From the human T2T-CHM13v2.0 reference genome, Homo sapiens: a DNA stretch of 64,000 bases. The translations under genes were made by a program, and so were the position numbers. Shown piece after piece: positions 39,899 to 53,689 of this stretch. The notes below the pieces were generated by a model. That model searched no databases. It was not told the origin of the DNA and saw only the letters and a list, made by a program, of their open reading frames with translations. Each line of letters opens with the position of its first letter. The first letter of the stretch is position 1. The stretch lies in the NCBI RefSeq assembly GCF_009914755.1, contig NC_060926.1; one strand, written 5' to 3'.

Positions 39899-42800
39899 TT
39901 ACCTTTGGATCTCTAATTTGATTTTCTAGTCTGCAGCCCATTCCAGTGGTGTTGAGCTCTGTTGGGAAATCCTACCTCATGCATCTCTCAAGCTCTCCTG
40001 CCAACCTATATTCTCAGCCTTCTCCCAGTGAAATTCTCATACACATTTGGGCCCTTTCTTTCAATGGTTCTTATTACATTTTATGAAAAATGAGAAAATA
40101 CTGAAGGATTCAGAGTCATTTCACCGGGACTCATTTGTAAAATTTACTCAACAACTCACATGTCCAGGTGAAATGACTGAATCCTTCAATACTTTCTCAC
40201 TTTGTTTCTCTATAGAGGCTGTTGCAGAGGAATAGAGCACCAGCAGCAGGTGAATGGGTCCTGTTTTGCAACTGACATGTGGTATGACCCTGGTCAAGCC
40301 ACATGATCTCCCTGGGCCCCTGTAATGGGCACAAGTTAATCTCATAGACTTTTAGGAGAGACTTTGGAGTCTGAATACTTGGTGCCATTTTACAGATATG
40401 ACCCACTTCCATAACAAAACATAAAATAGTGGAACCACGAAACTAGGAGTAGACTTTAAATAGTTTCTGTTTATTGAAAAAAGCCTTCCCAAAGAGCACA
40501 TAGAACTTTCACCCTCAGTCTCTATCCTCCAGTACAGCGAACTGTTTATTTTATTTATTCCTTTACCCTGTAACACTATCTAATGATAGAAGCGTAATCT
40601 TCCTGGGCCCATTTGCAGACCCTCTGTAATTTTCCATGTTTCCTTTAATTCATGGAGGTCTTTGACCAACTAAAAAATAGCACTCATAGTTTTAAAAATG
40701 TGTAATTCAAAAAAGAATGCCACGAGTAGGAGACACATTCACATGCAATTAGCAAACTGCACATGCACAGAACTTTTTATATGGATGGGCTGGATGGGTT
40801 TGTTGCGTGTTTAAGGTACATGTAAATAGCTTAAGCTCATCTATTTGCCTGGTGGTATTTGTGATGGTTAAAATCATGGGCTCTGAAACCGTCAACTTGT
40901 TGCCCGCCTCCATCACTTGCTAGGTGTGATGCTTTGGAAAATATACTCAACAGTTCTGAGCCTGTTCACACACCTATAAAATGGTGATTACATTTATTTC
41001 ATTAGGTTTTTGTAAGGATCAAATTCTTTAGCTGAATGCCTGTCCCATAGTGGGTGGTAAACAATGATTGCCATTATTATTGCTGTTGTTGTTATTAGGT
41101 GTTATATTTTATTATTAAGCACAGTAATTATCACCATCATTTATGAATTTAGTTAATTTTTATGGTTCCTAAAGCATTTTCCTATACATCTAAGCTTAGG
41201 AGTCCTGTGGGGCAGAAAGTGCATATAGCAATTATAATCTCCGTTTTATGAGCAGGGAGACACAGAAGTAGTGAAACTAAGTGACTTGCCAAAGACATAT
41301 AGCTTGTGAATGGCAGAGTTAGGTCAAAACATGCAGGTCCCCTGAGTCCTCGTCCAGGTTAATACCTCTTTTGATTTTAATGTTTTTCTTTATTTTGGTT
41401 CTTGGGCCATTGTCTCTTGAATAAAAACTCATCATTATTAGCCTTATGCTGCCAGGTTGGGTTTGTCATTGACTCATCTACTGAATGCACAGATCACTGA
41501 AATGTTTGGGCACAGTACTATAAGAACTGTCATATTCTGCTTATTTTTGTTGAATGAGATTTTTCGATTTACTTTTTCTCTTTCAAGAACTTATGACAAA
41601 AAGCGCTTGTAATCTTGTCATCTCATCTGTCAGCTGAATTTACCAACTTGCTATAATTGTCCCACAGTACACTGCAAAAGAGGGAGAAATGATCAGAGAA
41701 TATTGTCTCTGTCCACAATAAAAATACAACCAGTTACTTGAACTGGGCTCTGCCTACTGTAGCCCTGCTTTAGTTAATAAAATATGAGAACAAAACCTCT
41801 TTCTTCTCTCCTTATTTTAATATTCCTATGAAAGTAAACATCTGTAGATGACTGAGTGAATGTTAATAAGGTTGATGGTGAGAGAGAAGGAAAAACAAGA
41901 GTGATATGCCAAAGCTTGGAAAATTACTAGGCATAACGTGCTATTGGCACGAAGGACCCCATTTTATGCCTGTCTGACCAATCTCAAGCCTTCATCAATA
42001 ACCACACCTGATTAATTACACTGTGGTAGCCAAAGAAACCAGCAGAATAAAAATGTGCCCTTTTGGATGGGGAATGGGCAACTACATCATCGGTATTCCT
42101 TGTGGTCTGCTCTTTTCTTTTGAAAGACAAAGCCCTGGAATGTGGTCCTACTGTATGCCAAGAGGCAGTCTGTGGAAGACCATCACCTGTCAGGCTAATC
42201 TCACACTGATTCACTCACTCACTTTTGTGCACCATCCTTACTACCGTTCGAATTTAACCTCATAGAGTTAGCAAAGCCTTAGAGCAAGCTATAACGTCTC
42301 ATGCCTCAGTTTTCCTACCTGGAAAATGGAGAAAATAATGTCTACATCATACGAGTGTTAAGAAACCTGCGTGAGTTAGTGCCTGTAAAGCACTTAGAAA
42401 AAACGTTGACAGACACATACATGGTAAGCACTTAATGCACAGTTATCTATTATTATTGCCATTGAAGATGGAAAGGTGTTTTGTTCCTGGGCTTATGGAT
42501 TCTTTCTTATCTTTTCCTTATCACTGACTTTATAGATTGGAAAGGATCTTGATCTAACTCTACTCTTTTTAAGCAATTTTATAACTTCAGTTCTTGCTAA
42601 ATTTGTAACGTGAATAAACTACAACAAAAACTAATAATGAGAAGTATGTTTGGAGTCAGACACACCTGGGTGTTTAGATCTAACTTCTGGTTCTTTATTA
42701 ACTAATTTAGGGATATGGGGCACATGGCTTAACTTCTTTGCACCTTGTATTACTTACCTCTAAATAGAGAATGATCCCTAATGTCACTGTGCTCATCTGA

Positions 42801-42920
42801 GCTAAATTGATAATACATATGTAAAAGTTATTTAATCCTTTATGGGTATGTGGTAATCAGTAGCTTCATTTCATAAACTTTGTTGAATGAATTGATTTAA
42901 AAATCCTAATAATAATGATG

Positions 42921-43215
42921 GGCCAGGCACAGTGACTCATGCTTGTAATCCTAGCAATTTGGGAGGCCAATGCGGGCAGATCACTTCAGGCCAGGAGTTC
43001 CAGACCAGCCTGGCCAACGTGGTGAAACCTTGTCTCTACTAAAAAATACAAAAATTAGCCAAGCATGATGGTGTACACCTGTAATCTCAGCTACTTGGGT
43101 GGCTGAGGTACAAGAATAACTTGAACCTGGGAGGTGGAAGTTATAGTGAGCCAAGATCCCACTGCTGCACTCCAGCCTGGGCTACACAGTGAGACCCTGT
43201 CTCAAAACAAACAAC
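42921..43215 (+). mobile_element. AluS element with TSD
   Basis: Degenerate TSD aaa(t/c)cctaa(g)taataatgatg. Confidence 0.9.
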
Positions 43216-43897
43216 AAACCCTAAGTAATAATGATGACAAACATTTAAAAAATACCTACTCTGTGTCTGATACTATACAGATAATACATTGCCTAATCTT
43301 CACAGCAATCATAGAGGTAGCTACTATTATCAACCTCAATTTACAGAGGAAGTCAAACTAAGAGAGGTAAGATAGTTTATTTATGAGCACATAGGGGCTC
43401 ATATTCAGGCAGTCTTGACTCTAGAGCCTGTGCTTATAACCCTTATACCTTATGGCTTTGTGACCAAATCAGATATTCCATCAGGTCTAGCCTTTGGCCT
43501 GGAGATAATCAACTTTTTTGTTTATAGAGCAAAAGTGGCATTATAGAAGTATAGGTGTAAATTTTGTTGTTGATGGATCTTTTCTTTCAATAGATTTGGA
43601 TGGGTGGAAATAATACACAGATATCATTTTTCTTAAAATTAGCATATCACTGCAAGTTAGACTTACTATACCTGTATGAGGAAATAATAAATAAAATATA
43701 TTTTTTAAAGTAAATTAGGGCAGCTTGATTTTTCTGACTGCATTCCGGCTAATACTCACCCACATAGCTGTGTGGGTGCTATGTAGGATGCTATAAGCTC
43801 TGTTTGCTGGGGGATATTTAGCCTTTGCAATGAAGTGTGTGGATGGGGGTGAAGATTATCAATTTAAGTATGCTGACTTATATCTTTTTGTCTTTAG

Positions 43898-44011
43898 ACC
43901 CCAGAAGAACTAGAGGATGATTCTGACTTTGAGCAGGAAGATTATGATGTGCGTAGCAGGACAAGTGTTCAGACTGAGGATGACCAGCTCATTGCAGGGC
44001 AGAGCGCACGG
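43898..44011 (+). CDS. CTNNA2: CTNNA2 coding exon (~exon 14), 114 nt, phase 0-0: TPEELEDDSDFEQEDYDVRSRTSVQTEDDQLIAGQSAR (acidic phospho-linker)
   Basis: Acceptor tttgtctttag|ACC, donor CGG|gtgagt; overlaps ORF 43949..44143. Confidence 0.96.
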
Positions 44012-47000
44012 GTGAGTGGACACCTAAGACTTTGGCTTGGCACACAGGGACCGTGTTTACTAAAATGGTTTGAGGGTATTTCTAAACTCCAGAGACGTGG
44101 TACCCCAGAGATTCATGGGTCAGAAATCTGTGCTCTCATCTGAGGTTGTTTATAGCAAATCACATTTTACACAGTGAAAATAACCACCACTGCTCCTGAT
44201 TCCTCTAACTCCTCTCTTTTGCTATCACTGGAAACATAGCAACCATATCACAGCAAGCTTTTATGTGTATAATTGATTTTGTTGGGTTTGGGTACTAGAA
44301 TTAGATGATAGACTGATAGGGGACACTGGAATACTCAAATTTTGCATTGGCACAGTCACCATTGTTCTTCCTGAAGTCTCCAAGCTTGTCAACACAAGAG
44401 GCAATGACAAATGAGGAATCAGGGCACTACTTTGTTTATAGCTGGGCTGTTGCTCCATACAATGGCCTATGTCCTATGATATCTAAGACCGTATCTTTTG
44501 AAATTGGTTCAAGGCCATTAGATAGAGAACTTTTTCTTTCCTCATGATGCCTGTCTACTCCCATGGTGGTATTCCTAGATCTGTCTGCCATATGATAGAA
44601 AAATAGAGACAAATTAGAAATATTCAAGTTTAAGGCAAGGATCAGGAAGCAACAGAGAGAGTACCAGCTCTGCCTGACATTTGAGTACTCCATGATACTG
44701 TTCACCAATGCATTTGGTCTAAAGAGCATCCTAAATTTGGATCAATCTGATTTGCTGTATCACCCAGAGAGTAGGTGTACGTAATCAAGGCCGGTGGTAA
44801 GAGATGAAATCTTTAGAGACTGCATAGGACGATGAAATTTTCCTCCCCTTAAGGGCTCAGTTTCCAAAGAGTAAAAACAATCAGATTATAGTATAACTGA
44901 GAATTAGATATTCTAATTTTCTTTGTTAAGTTTTATTTAAATAAAAGATAATGAATAGAAAGCAAGAGGTTGAGAAAGAGAAGGTAATTTAAAATAGAAA
45001 TTGGGAAACGCCAGAAAGCCCACACTGCCTTAAGAATTATGAAAGAAAAATGATCAGAGGTTAAAATAAAGAGGACTTGAGGGAGATGTTTAGTCAAGAA
45101 AGACTTTGTGTCTAAAACCCAGTTTCTCTTATATGCTTTATGCCCTGATATTCTCACTCAACAATCAAGTGACCCAAAAGATATAAACAAACATTAATAG
45201 GAGGGATGTGAAGGTTAAAGAATATTAAAGACAAAGGCTTTGATTTCAGACAGATTTGGTTTTGAATTATAAAGGGCAGCATTAGAACCATGCTCAAAGC
45301 TACATGTTGCTTGATTTTTCAGTTTCAGACCTCTCTCTAAAATGCGAATAACAGGGTTACCTGATAGGATTCTTATGAAGATTTAATTACTTAATATTTG
45401 TAAAATAATAGGCACAATATTAGACATTCAGTAAGTGCTCGATAAAGATGACCGTGATAATTATCATCCTTTCTAAGAGAAATCCTTTCTGATCACATGA
45501 TGGTGGGACAACAGAAAAGTTGGCATAGAGCCCCCTATTTCAAAAATTCCTTGCAGACTCTATTTAATCCCCCCTAAAATGTTGAAAATTGGAAAGGTCA
45601 GTAACTTGAAAATCTTTTGACTCTGTGTTGGCAAAACGTCAGATGAATTAAACAGTCAATTCATCTTCAGAATTAAGTAAAACCAGCATTGTTATGTCAC
45701 TGACAAAGGGCAATTTTGAGTAATTCATCCAAACATGAAGCAATTCAAAGTCAATTTAATTGACTAACTGCAACTCAGTATACATACAGCCTAGTATCCA
45801 CTGACTAGTTTTCTTAAAGACAAAGACAGGTTGTACAACTCATCTTGCTTTATAAGCACCATCTTGTCAAAATGGCATGAACAGTCCCACTTTTACAAGG
45901 AAGAATAGAGTCGCAATATACTTCTATTTCATTGGGAACCTAATTCTAGTCTCATTTACATTAGACTTCAAGTCAATGATGATGGGTGGAAATACAATTT
46001 GGAGACTCCTGTCTTTATCATCTATTATTTCTTCACACTAGTGTCTTTTCTGAGAGTTTTTTTCAGCATGAATTATAAACAGGGTCCAAGATAGTAAGAA
46101 CAGAGCACTCCTACAAATTCAGCACTTGCTCATTTGACTTTGAGGTCTATCATGTGGTCTGTACGATTAAGTTGCAGCAGACAGCATTACTTACTGAGTC
46201 AGCCTATTTTAGCCTGTAATTATATGATGACAAATCAGAGACATGGAATTATGGCTGTTAAGTTGGAAATAAGAGGGTGCATTGAATTGCTGAAATGATA
46301 GATGGTCAGACTTTTGACCAGCAAAGTGTGCTAAGTTGGTCCAAATTTTGAAGGAGGCGAACTTTGTCTTTGACAGAGGCATTTGCTCTTCCCTGCAGCA
46401 AGTCCTCCCATGTTAATGATATTACTTTGTGTTCACATTTAGAGAAAGTCTCCCTTTCTAAAAATGGTAAATTAATCTATAAGAAGGTTTGAGTGGGAGA
46501 TAAGCTTTTAGTAACCCCATCCAACATTGCTCTCAAATTCTGGAATTAAAGTATTTCAAAAATGTCCTTTATATGCCCATATCTGCTGCTTGCCTACAAC
46601 ATTCTGAGGGAGAGGAGATAGGGGGCGGGGGGCGGTTTAGGAGGGGGGAATGAATGGGAATCAATATGGATGGTGGTGATCTGATAAAATATGGAGGTGA
46701 TCTTACCCTTTGATCCTAGACATGACATAATATAAACTGTTTCTCCACAGTCTGGCATAGTTAAAATAGGTTAGTGACAATTGCTAGGCACTTAACCTTG
46801 GTGATACAATATATTATTTGGAGTCACACAGACCTGATTTTAAATATGGACTTAGTGAAGCTGTGTGACTTTGGGGCAACTTTCTTAACCTCTCCACACT
46901 TCATCTCCTCGTATGCTACCACATAAGGTCGTAGGGAGAATTCCATGATAAAATGTATCACAGGATTTATCATATAAATATGTAATAATTAAGTTGGTGG

Positions 47001-50000
47001 TAATGGTGATGATGCTTGTGGCTTGAGCTAATCATTCATTAGAAGGCTGACTAAATAATTTCACCTAAAAGAGTTGGATCATTCAGGCAATCATGAGAGT
47101 TTTTACTTGAGTTAATGGGACAACTACCTCAATTTTCCAATTCACTTCACAGCTAGAGACTGGTAAGAATCAAAGGACCCACTCCTTAACTACTTATTAT
47201 ACTGCTTTAAAGTCAAGTAAGTAGAAACAGGCACATTGAGTTTTAGTCCCTTTAATTGTTATTTATAAACATTCTTGTACTTGAAACTTAATGTTAGCCT
47301 CTTGCTCTAGGCTAAGAAATGAACACTTGTCAGTTTGGGGACCCATAGACGTTAAAAATCATTTTTTTCTCTGGAAATTGGAAGATAATTATATCAAAAT
47401 CTCCTTGAGATTTAAATTGAAGAATGGATTCAGTGCTATCTGAATGGTTGTTTCCTTTTATCAGTGATTTTCACTTTTAGTGTAATAGGTATAGTTTATA
47501 ACAATCACCGAAAAATGGTTGGTGGTTCAGAGGAAAGGCTGGGAGGGACTCTGGGGTAGGGGGAAGGAATCCTTTTGGATTAATATCTCTGATACCACTA
47601 ATTTGGAACCCCACATCAGGCAGATCAACAATTTGGAGAGCTGTGCTTTGCTACTGTGAAAAGCAGAAACTTCAACCTGTCCTGGGTAATCATATCATAC
47701 AAACAAAATCTGATATGTTCCCTTTCCTCTTGGCCATGAAGATAATTTTTCTCATGTTCCCTTAGTTTGAGGGAATGAACAATTGCATGTTATGTATTTT
47801 ATATTGAGTTTGATTTCAATGTAGCTGGCTTCTATTTTTTTCTAGCTAGAATGGCCTTAATGTGTTAACATTTCAAACTGCTGAGTTACATTGATAAGAC
47901 CTAATTAAAACTCATGTGTTGAATTCTAATTTGATTAACTTGCAAATTTCACAGTTTGTGATCTACTGTTTATAGATAACCTTTTTTTAAATTCCAGTTT
48001 CAGAAAAGGTCAATTATGAATTTTTAAAAGCAAGAGCATTTTAAGAATATTTAGGAAGAGACTTCAGCTCATTGATAGCTACATAAGCAGAAGCAAATGG
48101 AAAGATGCTTTCACCCAAGTCACACACCATTAAGTGTATTATGCAGGTCGAGCACCCCTAGAGTCAAAATAATATCTTCCTTTGCAAACTTGCATTGGAG
48201 GGGATAGTTTTTCTTCAGAATTGTGTCCTTAGAATGTGTGTGTCCGTTCTGGCAACTTCTCTTGAATTATGTTAATGCAGTGAGTGGAAAAATGTTTAAG
48301 CAGTCAAAAGATGTTTATTAAGCTTCTACTCTGGGCAGGATATGGCAGCCTAAACCCTAGGGAAGCATATAAAGAAGTTAGCAGTAGGGCATTAATAGGA
48401 ATTAATTAGAGAGCAAAGCAAAGCAGTTAATATTCAAGTGCTAAATTGTATTATGGAGATGCAAGTGCTATAGTTGACAGAGAAGTATACACTTTTCAGT
48501 GCACAAATTAACCTTGTGTTGGGACAATGAAATGTGCATTGCTTTTCATCTGGGGATTGAACATTGAGTCTGGGAGTCTGCTGGTAGTTTTACGGATTCT
48601 TTTTCAGAGAAGCACCTAGCGAATGTTTTAAATGATGCTGGTTTAGGACCTGTGAGGTCTAAGTAAAGCATGATTCGCTCTTCTGTATGAGGAGGACAAT
48701 AAACCAAAAACAGCAATAGGTCATCAGAAAGGAATAGTTAAGGAAAAAAGTGCGTATATAATTTCTGTAAATCAAACATATCTCAAATATAGTGGAATAG
48801 CTGTCTTGCTATGAACACAACATTGCAAATGTGAGCTTACAATAAACTCTTGTATATCAAGCACCTTTTCAAATACAGTTTTTAAAGCTACTTTATCTTT
48901 CAAGATATAGTATTTTAGATATCTTAATAGTATTCATACAAGTCTGGATTTTTAAATATGGATTAAAATTTACACGTACACACGCATATCCAAACATACA
49001 TACACATGCTATTTAAAGCCACATACATGTATCCATGGAAGTCAGTAGATGTGGCTACTAGTAAGAAGCATCTGGGCAGCCACGGGTTCAAGGATACCTT
49101 TAGTCAAATCAGACACCATAGGCAACTCATGTCTATGGCATCCACCAGGATGCACAGTGTGGTGAGCAGTGCTAGTGATATCAGTGACCCTTGCCCCACT
49201 TGGTTGAGGACCCCAGGACAGTGGGTAAGTTGCATGGCCAGGCACAACTGATGATCCAGTTGTGTAGAGTGGTTAAGAATGATCTTAGTTCAGGTGGGTT
49301 TGAATCCTATTCCTAGAGCCTATTGTGTGATATTAGGAATTCTATGAATTTCTCTAGGCCTAGATATTATTATTAAAATGGGGATAGTAATAGTATCAGA
49401 ATGATTAAGTAGATTGTTATTTGACATACATAAGCCTCAGCACAGTACCCAGTACTTGTGGATATACATAAGGAATCATAACAATCTTCTATTTGTAGAT
49501 AGTTGCATAGACCCCGAGCCCATCCCTTTCCCTATAGCAACTAAGAAATGAGCCAGAGGGGTAGTTGGAAAGGCAAATTAATGGCAGCAGTTATAATATA
49601 ATGTTAATGATAATTCTATACATGCTTACTTTCATTTTATTTGAAAAAACACATATTATTTAATTTGCTGCCCACCATCACCTTTTGAGGTAATTATTTA
49701 CTATGCCCATATTCTATCTGAAGAGATCAACGATAGATCCATGTAACAGTGAAGTCTTAACCCATGTCAGCTACAGAGCCCCTGTTGAACCCAGTTCTTC
49801 TGAGCTCACATTGCCTGATACCTCTATTAGACCTTAGTTATAGTCCTTCCAAATTTATTCGCTCACACAGGGAGAAGATTTATAATTTAGGAAGCATTTT
49901 TCTTGTGTTATTTTACTTGTTCATTGCAGAAACTGCAGTCCCCCAAACTGTACCCTCTTGGTCTGTCTTATGGAAAATATGTGCATCCTAGAAGCAGGGG

Positions 50001-50126
50001 AATTGGAAGTACCTATTCACATTCCCCTGTCTGTGAAGCAGGTTGCATACAGTTTTGGGAGGATGTGATACGGTGATGACAGACATTTCATTCGGGGCTT
50101 GCTACCTAAATGGTGTTTAACAAATA

Positions 50127-50762
50127 TAGTTGATTCTCATTACTCCTGATAGTTATGTTCTATAAAGTCATCATGAACATTTAATTAGCAAATATTTAAT
50201 CATTGGTCCTAGGGGAAATACAGCAGTAGATTCCTCAGAGCTGCCAGTCAAGACATTTTCTTCAACTGATCAATAAGTAACTATGTTTAATGGGTGTTTC
50301 TGTTTAGACACTTTATATTTTTGATTCATTAACATTGAACTCACAGCCAATAACTCTGTAACTCATGCCTGATTGAAGCTTAACTAACACATGTGTTTTC
50401 TCCATAAGGCACATGCCCGCCTTCTCGTGCTCGGGGACACTAGACGCACTTCAGCACCATGCTTGGAGCCATTTTAAACAGCAAAGTTACTAACAAAAAG
50501 CACAAAGATATGAAAAATGTAGCATTAAATAGACTGCAAAAAGTACACTTGTTTACAGTACGAGAGCTGAAAAAGGAAGGCAGAGCATTGCCTTGTTCAA
50601 CCTCATCTAGGAATGTGCATGTCACGCAACTCAATTTTTTTGCTGCTCTGCCCACATTTGCAAATGACCACGAAAATGCTACAAGCCTTGATTTTGGGGT
50701 TACAAGTATATTTTAGAGAGTAGGCAAATTGGCAAATGAAGAATCCATGAATAAGAAGACTG
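50127..50762 (+). mobile_element. MER82 (Tigger-derived), near complete
   Basis: tagttgattctcatta...gattcattaacattgaactcacagccaa...gaatccatgaataagaagactg; ~640 bp. Confidence 0.8.
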
Positions 50763-51495
50763 CAGTTCTCCTTTTTCTACATTTTCTTACCTAGCAGTTA
50801 TTGAAAATGAACCCATGCTTCCTAATTTTATCCTTTATCCCATTATAACTTTTCTGCCTACGTACTCAAAGGCTTTAACAAGGAGCCGCAGGCATGCCAC
50901 CACCCTAAAGGAGATGGGGGAGGGCTGAGAGTAGGCACACCGTCCCTGGAGTGCCCTGGGCAGGGGATTTTTGTTGGGCATCTCTCTGTAGACACCTTCA
51001 CTTACACTCATAGAAAGTAGCCCCATCCTCCCCCACTTGGATGCTCAGATAGTGTTTAAAATTCCTATCCTTTCCAGCGACAGAAGGCCGTTTTTCTTTT
51101 TTTCCCTTCTCTGAACAGATTTCAGTGTTGAAAGAGGTGCATTCTTTCATCTGGTAAAAGTTTCCTGAGACCAAATATAAAAATTGTCAAGAATAGCTTC
51201 TTTTGAACAAACATATGCCATCAAAGCGGCAGAGAAGTTCTGTTATTGCCAGTGCGCACGTAGCTTTGGATATCTCTGTATTTTTCATATATGGGAGTGG
51301 GACGGGGACTTTGGGGAGCTTATCAGCCTGTGCTCGTGGCCTCCCTGGAATGGAGAAAGACGTGCTTTCCGGAATGGCAGGGTAGCTCATAAGCCTTTGC
51401 AGGGTCTGGCTCTGCCATCCGCAGAAGGCAGAGTCAACATACGGTCTGTACTTCCTTTGTCACCGTCACTCACGCTTTTTCTGTAACCCACGCAG

Positions 51496-51677
51496 GCCAT
51501 CATGGCGCAACTACCGCAGGAGGAGAAGGCAAAAATAGCTGAGCAGGTGGAGATATTCCATCAAGAGAAAAGCAAGCTGGATGCAGAAGTGGCCAAATGG
51601 GACGACAGCGGCAATGATATCATTGTACTGGCCAAGCAGATGTGTATGATCATGATGGAAATGACAGACTTCACAAG
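51496..51677 (+). CDS. CTNNA2: CTNNA2 coding exon (~exon 15), 182 nt, phase 0-2: AIMAQLPQEEKAKIAEQVEIFHQEKSKLDAEVAKWDDSGNDIIVLAKQMCMIMMEMTDFT(R); start of the actin-binding (VH3) domain
   Basis: Acceptor aacccacgcag|GCC, donor AAG|gtgagg; contains the conserved KWDDSGNDII motif. Confidence 0.96.
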
Positions 51678-52049
51678 GTGAGGCCCAGAGCCAGGGAGCT
51701 GAAGATTTTTTCATTAAACCCAGAAGTGTAGCAGTGTGTATTAGCATGTGAAAGCCTGCTGAAAAATTAAAATATACCAACGCAAGGTGGTGGTATTATA
51801 AATTTACATGTATAAGTCAAAATGATCTGGACTTAATTCCTAGCAGATAGGTATATCTTTTTGGTCAAGGAGAATAGATTCAATGTTGTAATTATTGTTG
51901 TTATAATTATCTACCCTAAGGCAGTCATAAAATCAAACCCCGAGGGACGGGTGACTCATCTTTGGTCTGTGCTATTTTGCAATATGCTTAAGTATTATTC
52001 TGAAGATAAAGTGAATGATTTGTTAATATACCTTTGGAAAAATATGTAC

Positions 52050-52052
<3 letters not shown>

Positions 52053-52098
<46 letters not shown>

Positions 52099-52122
52099 CG
52101 CGCGCGCGCATGTATACATATA
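52053..52122. repeat. (TG)21-CGTG-(CG)5-CATGTATACATATA alternating purine-pyrimidine tract
   Basis: Read directly. Confidence 0.92.
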
Positions 52123-53648
52123 GTATGTTGTAATATTAGCTTGTGATCTAGCATTAATTTAAGCTCACATTTTATTCTTACATATTAAGAATCAGATACA
52201 ACAATCTAAGATTCCGTTGTTTTCACAGAGAAATTAAAGTTGTATAAGATTTATTTCCTTTAGCTCTGAGCTAGTACCTTTGACAAATCAAGTGACCAGT
52301 CAGAATTTTGTCAGGAGACTTTTCTTCAACAAGGGTTAGTGCTCTTTTCTATCATTGCATTTTGGTCTCTTCTTTAAAAGAAGATGATATCTCTGCCCTT
52401 TCAACACAAAGGACAAACCAAGGGAGAGCAAAACTCAGTAGGAACCTCCCTGAATTTTGAGTCAGAATATCAGGTGATTTGGGGGCAAGTCTCTTACTCT
52501 CTATTTGCGAAATGGTGAAATAACACTTGTCTTATCAACTTCAGAAGAGAGTTTTAAAATCCAAAGAGATAATGCAAGTATAAATTATGCTGTTATACAG
52601 ATATAAACTATGGTTTTACTGTAGTTTTTTTTTCTGGAAAACACACATATATGCGAAGATGTTTTAATGATTTAACGTGGCATTTGTTATTGAAATAATG
52701 TAAGATATATGGGAATGTCAAGACATCATCTGATGGGTGACAACTTTTTTTAATGGTTGTTGAATGCTTCTAATGAGAAAAGGCTAGAATTGATTATAAG
52801 TTATAATTTAATATGGAACATCTCTGCGTCACCCCCTTTGCCTCTGGCCAATATGTACTAATGACATAGCTTGGCCCTTTTTCCCAATATTTTAAAATTG
52901 TTTTTTTTACTTCAGTGGAATGATTTTACTGTTATGAAGGAGCCCTTTGAGACTTTTAAATGTCATTGTATTCATTAGAAGTTCAAATTTGTACATTTGG
53001 TTAGTCTTTGTGGACTTCACACATTTATTTCACAAAGCGTAACAGCAGGAAAAAAGTCTGAGCCATTATTTCAGCCTGAAACTTCTACAAATCAGACGAT
53101 TATGGCAGCCTCAGTCACTGTTTCTCAAGGCCTGTGATGACTTAATTTGCTTGCTTTCAACATTTTATTAGTACTTTACCTGATGGTTATTATCCAGTCC
53201 ATTAATAGCATCACTTGAACAAATAATCTCAGTAAAGTGAATAATGACTCTGGTCATGTTACTAGTTTTGATCAGGAGCACATTTTATAATTCTCTAGAT
53301 TATATAACTGTGGTCAAGGCACAGTTATGAAAGATATATTTGAGGGGTCTTGTTACATGGTGTTAAATAAGACACATGTCTGTTAGTCAAAGTATAGTTT
53401 TAAAAGTGAGAAGAAGGTGTCTTCAGTTTCATAGGGATTTCATATCATTATGCTGATTTAAATAATGAAATGTCTAGGGAGCTACTAGTTACAATTTTTC
53501 CCACTGCATGATGAGTCGTTTTGTGTTCTTTTTGTTAGGGCAAAGGGAGGAGTATAGTAATGAATGACTGGAGAACCAGAGTAGACTGTGCGTTTGAAAT
53601 GCAACACAGGAAGTTGAGGCTTCATTGCTGCCTCCATCTGCACAGCCT

Positions 53649-53649
<1 letters not shown>

Positions 53650-53687
<38 letters not shown>
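53650..53687. repeat. T38 homopolymer
   Basis: Read directly; no adjacent Alu or L1 body recognised. Confidence 0.9.

Positions 53688-53689
<2 letters not shown>

Noticed and set aside
39720-39929. Poly-Val/poly-Cys ORF, also poly-CV (51861), poly-K/F (53485-53807) and TH-repeat (20291) ORFs
   Set aside because: Microsatellite or homopolymer translations.
53020-53300. Possible conserved non-coding element or ancient repeat rich in TAAT/ATTA
   Set aside because: Only an impression from composition; cannot be supported without alignments.
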